Assembly (NCBI GenBank): GCA_964400315.1
Contig: CAYNUD010000001.1
Coordinates: forward strand, 1 to 41,619
Source of the DNA: an uncultured Clostridium sp.
GTDB taxonomy: Bacteria; Bacillota; Clostridia; Oscillospirales; Acutalibacteraceae
Direction of reading: 5' to 3'
DNA: 41,619 nt
In this document: positions 17,729 to 24,527 of the stretch, one piece after another
How the letters are laid out: each line of letters begins with the position of its first letter
Position numbering within the stretch: the first letter of the stretch is position 1
Notes under the pieces: model-generated
Told to the model about the DNA's origin: nothing
The model's input: only the letters and a program-made list of their open reading frames with translations
Database searches by the model: none
Program-made: the position numbers and the translations under genes

Positions 17729-17757
17729 TTGTAATTGCTCAAGTATGTAGTTATAAT
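17729..17757 (+). promoter_or_regulatory. Sigma-70 promoter antisense to cro
   Basis: TTGTAA-17 bp-TATAAT. Confidence 0.55.
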
Positions 17758-17788
17758 TCTTGTGATTTTCACATCACCATTTCTTTTT

Positions 17789-17806
17789 ACTTGTGAAAAC
17801 ACAAGT
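17789..17806. promoter_or_regulatory. Repressor operator (second perfect copy)
   Basis: ACTTGTG-AAAA-CACAAGT, identical to 18344-18361. Confidence 0.8.
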
Positions 17807-18015
17807 TAGTGGTCAAAAAAATAACTTGAAACTTCATCCAGCTCGACGTCCATTAAATTCATTATGCTTCGCATTTCCGATTGTTTAAATTCCGACTTAC
17901 TTTTCAGCTTCTTATTAAGTGTGCATTCGCTTAATCCGATTTTAGCAGCAAGCTCAGACTGCGTGAAGCCCTTTTCACGCAGTCTGCCGAGCAGTTTTGA
18001 ATAATCATAACTCAT
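17806..18015 (-). CDS. Cro-like XRE regulator (DUF739-like)
   Basis: MSYDYSKLLGRLREKGFTQSELAAKIGLSE..LNKKL...EFKQSE...YFF; GGGAGG RBS; divergent from cI. Confidence 0.9.
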   Translation of the reverse strand: MSYDYSKLLGRLREKGFTQSELAAKIGLSECTLNKKLKSKSEFKQSEMRSIMNLMDVELDEVSSYFFDH

Positions 18016-18101
18016 CTCTTTCGCCTCCCGAGTATAAGGGCAATAACACATATGTCGCAGAGCATAATTGCAACGCAACAAAGCATTTTGGGCACATTCA
18101 T
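18012..18101 (-). CDS. 29-aa hydrophobic peptide MNVPKMLCCVAIMLCDICVIALILGRRKR
   Basis: AGGAGG RBS before ATG 18101; TGA overlaps cro ATG; one TM-length segment plus basic tail; below ORF track cutoff. Confidence 0.75.
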   Translation of the reverse strand: MNVPKMLCCVAIMLCDICVIALILGRRKR

Positions 18102-18131
18102 TGTTTTTCCTCCTGTATATATAATTTTATA

Positions 18132-18160
18132 TTGACAATGAGAGCAAAATATATTATCCT
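18132..18160 (+). promoter_or_regulatory. Sigma-70 promoter antisense to the 40-aa peptide gene
   Basis: TTGACA-17 bp-TATCCT. Confidence 0.65.
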
Positions 18161-18186
18161 AATGAGGGGGATTGCTCCCCCTCGGC

Positions 18187-18309
18187 TTATTCAAGCAGCA
18201 TTTTGATTAACTCAATTGCCGTCTTAATTAAGCTCAGGACTGCGGTCGCAAGAAGAACCTTTTCGGTGTCGGTTGGCTTCTTGCGGCTGTTTTTATTTTG
18301 CCTTCTCAT
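18187..18309 (-). CDS. 40-aa peptide MRRQNKNSRKKPTDTEKVLLATAVLSLIKTAIELIKMLLE
   Basis: AAGGAGGTGA RBS; first ORF after the lytic promoter; basic N-terminus plus hydrophobic/amphipathic helix; below ORF track cutoff. Confidence 0.8.
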   Translation of the reverse strand: MRRQNKNSRKKPTDTEKVLLATAVLSLIKTAIELIKMLLE

Positions 18310-18335
18310 TGTGTTCACCTCCTTGTTGTGATTTC

Positions 18336-18364
18336 ATTATAGCACTTGTGAAAACACAAGTCAA
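18336..18364 (-). promoter_or_regulatory. Lytic promoter (PR-like) with operator between -35 and -10
   Basis: TTGACT-17 bp-TATAAT with TGn extension; palindrome ACTTGTGAAAACACAAGT at 18344-18361. Confidence 0.85.
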
Positions 18365-18404
18365 TACTTTTCTTGAAGTTTTCGCAAGTTTTTTTGAAAA
18401 AAAC

Positions 18405-18433
18405 TTGCGTTTTATTAAATAATATGTTATTAT
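18405..18433 (+). promoter_or_regulatory. Repressor promoter (PRM-like)
   Basis: TTGCGT-17 bp-TATTAT with TGn extension; degenerate operators at 18372-18389 and 18403-18420. Confidence 0.65.
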
Positions 18434-18456
18434 CTATACAAAGGAGGTGGATACCG

Positions 18457-19107
18457 TTGTCTAACTTTAAATACAAATTAAACGAAGCGTTAGAAATACG
18501 AAACATGACCGCAGCCGAATTATCTCGGCGGTCGGGCATTGATGAAGGCACACTGAGCAATTATAGAAAAGGAAAATACGAGCCAAAACAGCAGAAATTA
18601 GAAGCCATTTCGCAAGCTCTCCGTGTCTCCATCCCGTGGCTCATGGGTGCCGACGTTCCCATGGAAAAAAGCTACGACCATGTAATCCCCGACGGCTTCC
18701 TGCCGCCGCCCAAAACCGTAAAGCGTCCCCGCCTCGGCTCCATATCCTGCGGCGAGCCTATAATGAGTGAAGAGAACTTTGACGGCTACGACGACGTTCC
18801 CTCTGCCGTTCACTGCGACTTCACGTTAGTCGCTCAAGGCGACAGTATGACGGGCGCGGGAATTTTCGACGGCGACGTTGTATATATAAGGCAGCAGCCC
18901 ATTGTCGAAAACGGTGAAATTGCCGCCGTTTTGGTTGACGGTTGTGAAAAACTCCTCAAGCGTGTTTACTTCACTCAAAACAGCGTTGTGCTGCAAGCCG
19001 AAAACCCCGCATATCCGCCACTGTCCTTCTTTGGTGACGAGATGAACGGTATTCAAATCATCGGAAAAGCTACGGGGTTTACTCGAACATTCAATAAAAA
19101 AAGGTGA
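18457..19107 (+). CDS. CI-like repressor (XRE HTH plus S24 autopeptidase)
   Basis: AAGGAGGTG plus TTG 18457; HTH, SCG cleavage-site region, GDSM catalytic Ser, LLKR catalytic Lys. Confidence 0.93.
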   Translation: MSNFKYKLNEALEIRNMTAAELSRRSGIDEGTLSNYRKGKYEPKQQKLEAISQALRVSIPWLMGADVPMEKSYDHVIPDGFLPPPKTVKRPRLGSISCGEPIMSEENFDGYDDVPSAVHCDFTLVAQGDSMTGAGIFDGDVVYIRQQPIVENGEIAAVLVDGCEKLLKRVYFTQNSVVLQAENPAYPPLSFFGDEMNGIQIIGKATGFTRTFNKKR

Positions 19108-19165
19108 AAGCAAAATTCACCCGAATAATAATGCTTATAATGAACAAAGGAAGTGCAATCAAACT

Positions 19166-19690
19166 ATGTTAAAGAAAATTTTAATCGCTGCGGTCGTTCT
19201 GCTTATTATTGTCAGCGGTATACGTTCCTGTGCCAAAGGTGACGACGAAGAAACAACCACAACAACCGCTCCGTCATCAACGACTTCGCTCTTCGACGAT
19301 GAAATTCCGTGGGACGACGAAACGGAAACCACCGATGCCGAAACGACGACACAAGCCGAAACAATAGAAGTTGAAACCACCGAAAAAGCTACGGAAGTTA
19401 AACCCACCGAAAAGAAAACAGAAAAAGCTACCGAAAAGAAGACGGAAAAGGCTACCGAGAAGAGAACCGAGAAGCAAACAAAAAAGCCTGCCGAAAAAAC
19501 GACCAAAACGCAAACCACTAAATCCGCTTCACAGCAGACATACATACTCAATACAAATACGAAAAAATTTCACAAGCCAAGCTGCTCTTCCTGCAAAAAA
19601 ATCGCCGAGGATAACAAAGAAAGCTTTGTCGGAGACCGTGCCGACCTTATCGCCAAAGGTTACGATCCCTGCGGCAACTGTCATCCGTAA
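19166..19690 (+). CDS. Membrane-anchored moron protein with Thr/Glu/Lys linker and C-terminal Ada-like metal-binding domain
   Basis: N-terminal hydrophobic anchor; TEKA/TEKK repeats; YILNTNTKKFH.PSC...GYDPCGNCHP. Confidence 0.75.
   Translation: MLKKILIAAVVLLIIVSGIRSCAKGDDEETTTTTAPSSTTSLFDDEIPWDDETETTDAETTTQAETIEVETTEKATEVKPTEKKTEKATEKKTEKATEKRTEKQTKKPAEKTTKTQTTKSASQQTYILNTNTKKFHKPSCSSCKKIAEDNKESFVGDRADLIAKGYDPCGNCHP
19379..19512 (+). repeat. Degenerate 12-bp coding tandem repeat (TEKx)
   Basis: acagaaaaagct accgaaaagaag acggaaaaggct accgagaagaga accgagaagcaa. Confidence 0.75.
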
Positions 19691-19735
19691 CTCCCCGCAC
19701 CGCTTGAGAATATAAGTTATACCCAAAAAACAAAA

Positions 19736-19921
19736 AATCCCCATTTTAACCGTGTCGATTTCGAGGCGGTTAAAAATGAAGCCGGTTCTAACGGTTTTGT
19801 TCTGTCCCCTCAAAAGTGGATAAGCACAACAAACGCAACCGGCATTGTTTCAAAGTCCGGCAGATACGGCGGGGGCACTTTTGCTCATAAGGACATTGCA
19901 CTTTCTGCGTGCCGTAAATAG
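19736..19921 (+). pseudogene. KilA-N domain gene fragment
   Basis: Translates NPHFNRVDFEAVKNEAGSNGFVLSPQKWISTTNATGIVSKSGRYGGGTFAHKDIA then stops; no start codon upstream in frame. Confidence 0.8.
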
Positions 19922-19983
19922 GCTGTTTTAGCATTTTTACGTACATATTCTAAAAATTAGCGTAAAAAATTTTTTGATTTTTG

Positions 19984-20012
19984 TTGACAAAACCGTTTGG
20001 GCTGTATATAAT
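19984..20012 (+). promoter_or_regulatory. Consensus sigma-70 promoter for the leader RNA and NYN gene
   Basis: TTGACA-17 bp-TATAAT with an AT-rich upstream tract. Confidence 0.85.
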
Positions 20013-20018
20013 AAAAAT

Positions 20019-20116
20019 GTAATCGAAGTTCATTTTGATTACCGTTTTGTTAAACAGACCTACGGTAGTAAGCTTCCCACGATAGGGGAAACGCAGAATC
20101 CGCAGGTCTTATTTTT
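20019..20116 (+). ncRNA. Candidate structured RNA upstream of the NYN nuclease
   Basis: Hairpin 20019-20027/20034-20042; stem 20056-20065/20100-20109 enclosing TTCCC/GGGAA hairpin; followed by TATTTTT. Confidence 0.6.
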
Positions 20117-20136
20117 ATAATTCAAGGAGAAATTTT

Positions 20137-20790
20137 ATGGTTAAAACCGCAATTCTTGTTGACGGTGGCTTTTACAGAAGACGAGCCCGAAAGCTCTGGG
20201 GAGAAAAAACAAGCTCCGACCGTGCCAATGAATTATACGCCTATTGTCAAGCACATCTTAACGATAAGCACGAAACAAGAAATCTCTATCGAATATTCTA
20301 CTATGATTGCCCTCCGCTCGAAAAAACATTGTATCATCCGCTTACTCAAAAGAATGTGGATATGAAACGTACCGATACTTACAAATGGACTGTAGACTTT
20401 TTAGAACAGCTCCGGCAGAAGCGAAAGGTTGCGTTGAGATTAGGAAAACTCTCGGACAACAAAACAGGATATTTGTTAAAGCCCGAAATCGTTAAAAAGC
20501 TGTGTTCCGGTGCTATAAAAATCGAAGACTTGTCGGAAGAAAACTTTGACATAGCCATAGAACAAAAAGGCGTAGATATGAAGATTGGTATTGACATAGC
20601 TTCTTTAGCTTACAAGAAACAGGTAGACCAAATCATACTTATTTCAGGTGACAGTGATTTCGTGCCTGCGGCAAAGCTTGCCCGTCGTGAAGGAATAGAT
20701 TTTATCCTTGACCCGATGTGGGCAGACATAAAAGAAGATTTACACGAACACATTGACGGCCTCAAATCAAATTGGAAAAAGAAAGATTAA
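20137..20790 (+). CDS. NYN-domain (LabA/DUF88, PIN-like) ribonuclease
   Basis: AILVDGGF, RIFYYDC, QKGVDMKIGID, ISGDSDFVPA motifs with all acidic catalytic residues; AAGGAG RBS. Confidence 0.9.
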   Translation: MVKTAILVDGGFYRRRARKLWGEKTSSDRANELYAYCQAHLNDKHETRNLYRIFYYDCPPLEKTLYHPLTQKNVDMKRTDTYKWTVDFLEQLRQKRKVALRLGKLSDNKTGYLLKPEIVKKLCSGAIKIEDLSEENFDIAIEQKGVDMKIGIDIASLAYKKQVDQIILISGDSDFVPAAKLARREGIDFILDPMWADIKEDLHEHIDGLKSNWKKKD

Positions 20791-20823
20791 AATAAAAAAT
20801 CCCCCGGTGCTGGAACACCGGGA
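20788..20823 (-). terminator. Intrinsic terminator on the minus strand upstream of int
   Basis: CCCGGTG-ttccag-CACCGGG followed on the minus strand by ATTTTTTATTTT. Confidence 0.65.
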
Positions 20824-20928
20824 GACGAGATACCAAACCGCTCAGACCGTTACATCAAGGGATTGGTGTATCTATTATACACCGTTCCCCGCCGAAAAGT
20901 CAAGCAAATAACACAAAGGGGAATGATT

Positions 20929-22137
20929 ATGCCGAAAAAATCAAACGCAAAGCGTTCCGACGGCAGAATAGCCGTTCAAATTTACCTCGGTAAAGACGAA
21001 AACGGCAAACGAAAATACAAAACCGTTTACGGCTCGACCCAAAAGGAAGCCAACCGCAAGGCCGACGAAATCCGTGCCATGCTCGGAAAAGGGCTGGACG
21101 TGACGGCACAAAACGACACGTTCGGAACATGGTGTGAAAGATGGTTGAAGTGCAAAAAGGCCGAGGTAAGCGCCGGTCATTACGGCAATCTCGTAAGCAC
21201 GACAAAGCATCTCGAACCGTTAAAGTACCGTGCCTTATCCGATATACGTTTCTTCGATGTCGCCGATATTATCAACAATCTTGCAGTAAGCAACCCAAGC
21301 ACCGGTAAGCCGGCAAGTAAAAAACTGCTGACCGACATCAAGTCGATAACAGCTCAAATTTTCAACCTTGCGATTGACAATCGTATCATCGATTATAACC
21401 CCGCTCAAAATGTCAAAATCCCGAAAACGGCAACCAAATCGCGCAGAATGCCGATTGATGATGAGCAAATAGCATGGATTGAAAACACCCCTCACCGTGC
21501 CCAAAGTGCCGCCATGCTTATGCTTTTCGCCGGACTGCGCCGAGGCGAGGTTGTCGCCTTAACTTGGAATGATATCAACTTTGATGACGGCACCTTGACC
21601 GTAAACAAAAGCGTAGAATATATTGCAAATTTCCCGCACATAAAACCCTGCGCCAAAACAGAGGCGGGAAACAGAATAATACCGCTCCCGACGCTTCTTT
21701 TGTCATATTTAAGAAATCAGCCGAGAAGCAGCCTCTACATTTGTCCCGATGCAAGCGGCAAAATCATGACGGCAGGAGCGTGGAGAAGGATGTGGGAGTC
21801 ATATATGGCAGACCTTGATATCAAGTACGGCGTACGGCTGAGACCGACAAAAAGCAAGTATGACCCTTTTAAAGGGAATACGGTAATCAAGACTTTCACC
21901 GCCCATCAGCTCCGTCATACATACGCCACCATGCTCTACGACGCAGGCGTTGATATACTGACGGCAAAAGAACTTTTAGGACATAAGGACATTAAAACCA
22001 CCCTCGACATTTATACTCATCTTTCACGCACGCGCAAGAAAAAATCTATCGTCGCACTGGACCAATTTATCTCTTGCACTTCTAACGCACGACAAATATC
22101 TTTCGAATGCAAGTCAAATGCAAGTCAAGCAATTTGA
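20929..22137 (+). CDS. int: Tyrosine recombinase (phage integrase)
   Basis: Arm-binding N-terminus (KRKYKTVYG.T.KEA); GLRRGE, HQLRHTYAT, LGH, IYTH catalytic motifs. Confidence 0.96.
   Translation: MPKKSNAKRSDGRIAVQIYLGKDENGKRKYKTVYGSTQKEANRKADEIRAMLGKGLDVTAQNDTFGTWCERWLKCKKAEVSAGHYGNLVSTTKHLEPLKYRALSDIRFFDVADIINNLAVSNPSTGKPASKKLLTDIKSITAQIFNLAIDNRIIDYNPAQNVKIPKTATKSRRMPIDDEQIAWIENTPHRAQSAAMLMLFAGLRRGEVVALTWNDINFDDGTLTVNKSVEYIANFPHIKPCAKTEAGNRIIPLPTLLLSYLRNQPRSSLYICPDASGKIMTAGAWRRMWESYMADLDIKYGVRLRPTKSKYDPFKGNTVIKTFTAHQLRHTYATMLYDAGVDILTAKELLGHKDIKTTLDIYTHLSRTRKKKSIVALDQFISCTSNARQISFECKSNASQAI
22106..22127 (+). repeat. Tandem 11-bp direct repeat, candidate integrase arm-type sites
   Basis: AATGCAAGTCA x2, about 55 bp from the att core. 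Confidence 0.6.
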
Positions 22138-22180
22138 TAAAACGTTGATACACAAACGCTTTTCACGATTTGCCCTGTGC

Positions 22181-22225
22181 TTCCGATTCTGAAGAACGGG
22201 GGTTCGAATCCCTTCGAGCGGGCCA
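22181..22225 (+). tRNA. 3' half of tRNA-Arg(CCG), prophage att site (not an intact tRNA)
   Basis: TT-CCG-AT anticodon loop, TCTGA, GGGGG-TTCGAAT-CCCTT T-arm, CGAGCGG-G-CCA; no 5' half upstream. Confidence 0.85.
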
Positions 22226-22411
22226 AAAGAGTTGACATCCTTGCGATGTCGGCTCTTTTTTTACAAGAGAGGGATTCGAAGGACGAGCGGTACAGAGCAA
22301 CAGTCCGGTGGACTGTTGTGACCGCGAGCGACCAAGCCGCCGCAGCGGCGCGAGTCGAATCCCTTCGAGCGGGCCAAAAGAGTTGACACCCTTGCGATGT
22401 CGGCTCTTTTT
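22204..22411 (+). repeat. 57-bp direct repeat (tRNA 3' end plus terminator) at 151-bp spacing with palindromic spacer
   Basis: 22204-22260 and 22355-22411 differ at one base; spacer has CAACAGTCC-ggt-GGACTGTTG (22298-22318). Confidence 0.85.
22225..22262 (+). terminator. tRNA terminator
   Basis: AAAAGAGTTGACATC-cttgc-GATGTCGGCTCTTTT plus T tract. Confidence 0.8.
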
Positions 22412-22463
22412 CATCAGTCCGCTTCATCAAAATTCGGTGTTATCAAAAGTGTGGAAAAAAGCA

Positions 22464-22492
22464 TTGAGATTTTCGTCAATATATGATATAAT
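22464..22492 (+). promoter_or_regulatory. Sigma-70 promoter of the YibE/F-iol operon
   Basis: TTGAGA-17 bp-TATAAT with TGn extension. Confidence 0.7.
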
Positions 22493-22525
22493 CATTTTGT
22501 ATGTTGATAAAAGGTTGGTGACGGT

Positions 22526-23722
22526 GTGAAAAAACAAATAAATCGCGAATTGATTTTGCAAATCATCACCGTTGCCGTTTCCGCTTTACTGATACTTACC
22601 GCCTATTCATATATTGTCGGCGACGGAACCATTTTCAAAGGAAAAATGGAGGGTGAAACGATACGGGCAAGGGTTATTCGAGTGGTTGACACCAAAGTTG
22701 AAAACGTCAGCGGAGAAAATGAGATTATCACCGTCAGCTTCAAGGCAAAAGCACTGAATACCGACCTTCGCGGCAAAACGCTCAACGTAATTCAGGAAAT
22801 CGACCGTTCCTACGCTTTCAGCCCGAGTCAAGTAAAGCAAAATGACACTGTTCTGCTCGAAAGTTATACCGAAAACGGCGAAAAGCTCTACTATTTCGGT
22901 GATTTCGTGAGGATAACTCCTCTCATTTGGCTTCTCGTGATATTCTGTGTGCTCGTTATAGTTTTTTCTAAAACACAGGGTGTAAAAACGATTGTATCGC
23001 TCGGGCTTACCTGTATGTCGGTCTTTTTTGTTTTGATTCCCGCAATTTTGAACGGTCACAACATTTATTTCTGGTCGATTATCGTTTGCATTTATATGAC
23101 GGTGATGACCCTTGCTATAATCAGCGGATACAATAAAAAAGCTCTTTGCGCCTGTATAGGTTGTATGAGCGGTGTTTTGTGCTCGGGCCTGATAGTGCTT
23201 GTTATGGATAAATTCTTAAATCTCACGGGGATGCTCGAAGAGGAATCAATATATCTTCTCCAGCTCTACCCCGACAATCCGATAAATCTCAAGGCAATAA
23301 TCTTTGCCATGATAATCGTCGGTGCTGTCGGAGCAGTCATGGACGTTTCGATGTCCATATCGTCTTCGCTTTATGAATTAAAGCAAAAATCGCCTTCGAT
23401 AAAGCCGACTGAGCTTATGCGTTCGGGCTTTACAATAGGCAGAGATATGATGGGTACCATGGCAAACACGCTTGTGCTTGCGTATATAGGCAGTTCACTG
23501 ACCTGCGTACTGCTCATGGTCGCATACAACGCCAATATCGAGCAGGTCATAAACAAAGAGGTTATTATCGCCGAGATTTTGCAGGCTCTTGCGGGCAGTA
23601 TGGGAATGCTGCTCACCCTGCCTCTTACAAGTGCGATATGTGCCGTTATATACTACAGGAAAGAGGGGTCTGTAAATGCCTCTGACAAAAATGAGTCCGC
23701 TTCTGGAAAAAGCGGCGAATGA
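22526..23722 (+). CDS. YibE/F family membrane protein
   Basis: Multi-TM; IVGAVGAVMDV and IGRDMMGTMANTLVLAYIGSSL motifs. Confidence 0.9.
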   Translation: MKKQINRELILQIITVAVSALLILTAYSYIVGDGTIFKGKMEGETIRARVIRVVDTKVENVSGENEIITVSFKAKALNTDLRGKTLNVIQEIDRSYAFSPSQVKQNDTVLLESYTENGEKLYYFGDFVRITPLIWLLVIFCVLVIVFSKTQGVKTIVSLGLTCMSVFFVLIPAILNGHNIYFWSIIVCIYMTVMTLAIISGYNKKALCACIGCMSGVLCSGLIVLVMDKFLNLTGMLEEESIYLLQLYPDNPINLKAIIFAMIIVGAVGAVMDVSMSISSSLYELKQKSPSIKPTELMRSGFTIGRDMMGTMANTLVLAYIGSSLTCVLLMVAYNANIEQVINKEVIIAEILQALAGSMGMLLTLPLTSAICAVIYYRKEGSVNASDKNESASGKSGE

Positions 23723-24527
23723 GGGCTATGCCGTCGGCAGCTTCAGCGTTGCCAATATGGAGATGGTTCTCGGAGTTTTAAAAGCGGTTGAAGAAACCGA
23801 AAGCCCCGCCATAATTCAAATAGCCGAGGTGCGACTTAAACAATCGCCTCTTGAATTGATAGGTCCTCTTATGGTTGCGGCGGCGAAGAATTGCAAAATG
23901 CCCGTTGCCGTTCATTTTGACCACGGCAAAACCGAAGAGAAAATATCGGAAGCTCTTGAAATGGGCTTCACCAGCGTTATGTTCGACGGTTCGCATCTTC
24001 CGCTTGAAGAGAATGCGGCAAGAACCCGTGCAATTAACGACATTGCGAAAAAATACGGTGCCGATTGCGAGGGCGAAATCGGCTGTGTCGGCGGCAGTGA
24101 GGACGGAAGTGAAGATATCGCGATAAACTGCACCTCCCCCGACGAAGCTCTCAAATTTTACGAAAAGACGGATGTTGATGCTTTGGCGGTTGCAATAGGC
24201 AATGCTCACGGCAACTACAAACAGACTCCGAAGTTGCGTTTCGACATTCTCGAAAAAACCGCAGGTCTTGTTCCCGTTCCGCTTGTTCTTCACGGCGGTA
24301 CAGGTATTCTTCCCGACGACTTCAGAAAATGCGTGAAGCTCGGTATAAGAAAAATCAACATTGCCACCGCAACATTTGACAGTGTTGAAAACAACGTATG
24401 CAATGCATACAAAAACGGCAAAATCAACGGATATTATGATTTGCAGGCATCGGAGGTTGAAGGCGCATACAGAAATGCAATGCGCCACATCGAAATCTTC
24501 GGCTGTGCCGGCAAAGGCGTGAAGTAA
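23676..24527 (+). CDS. Class II fructose-bisphosphate-type aldolase, probably IolJ-like
   Basis: HFDHG, GFTSVMFDGS, IGNAHG, LVLHGGTG, KINI; next to iolC. Confidence 0.88.
   Translation: MPLTKMSPLLEKAANEGYAVGSFSVANMEMVLGVLKAVEETESPAIIQIAEVRLKQSPLELIGPLMVAAAKNCKMPVAVHFDHGKTEEKISEALEMGFTSVMFDGSHLPLEENAARTRAINDIAKKYGADCEGEIGCVGGSEDGSEDIAINCTSPDEALKFYEKTDVDALAVAIGNAHGNYKQTPKLRFDILEKTAGLVPVPLVLHGGTGILPDDFRKCVKLGIRKINIATATFDSVENNVCNAYKNGKINGYYDLQASEVEGAYRNAMRHIEIFGCAGKGVK

Larger units (their letters stand above)
1..22225. mobile_element. Temperate siphovirus prophage (HK97-like head), left end outside the window, integrated at tRNA-Arg(CCG)
   Basis: Ordered module set: integrase, cI/cro, Rep, HNH-terS-terL, portal, protease, capsid, head-tail, tail tube, chaperones, tape measure, tail tip; ends at a tRNA 3' fragment. 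Confidence 0.95.

Noticed and set aside
18373-18456. N-terminal extensions given by the ORF track for cI (and for cro, int, terS, HNH)
   Set aside because: They run through promoters and operators; RBS-supported starts lie downstream
19688-19921. Stop-codon readthrough joining the membrane protein to the KilA-N fragment (same frame)
   Set aside because: The stop is TAA, the upstream domain ends normally at CHP, the KilA-N part is truncated, and same frame has a 1-in-3 chance
20019-20116. Classical ToxI-type tandem repeat antitoxin or a known riboswitch
   Set aside because: No tandem repeats and no riboswitch consensus that I recognise; kept only as an unclassified structured RNA
22204-22411. 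Possible mini-CRISPR array
   Set aside because: Only two copies, 57 bp long, identical to a tRNA 3' end plus terminator; no cas genes in the window
22125-22529. Short ORFs 22125..22430, 22163..22414, 22177..22386 and 22308..22529
   Set aside because: They overlie the tRNA fragment, terminators and palindromic repeat, and lack an RBS; likely spurious
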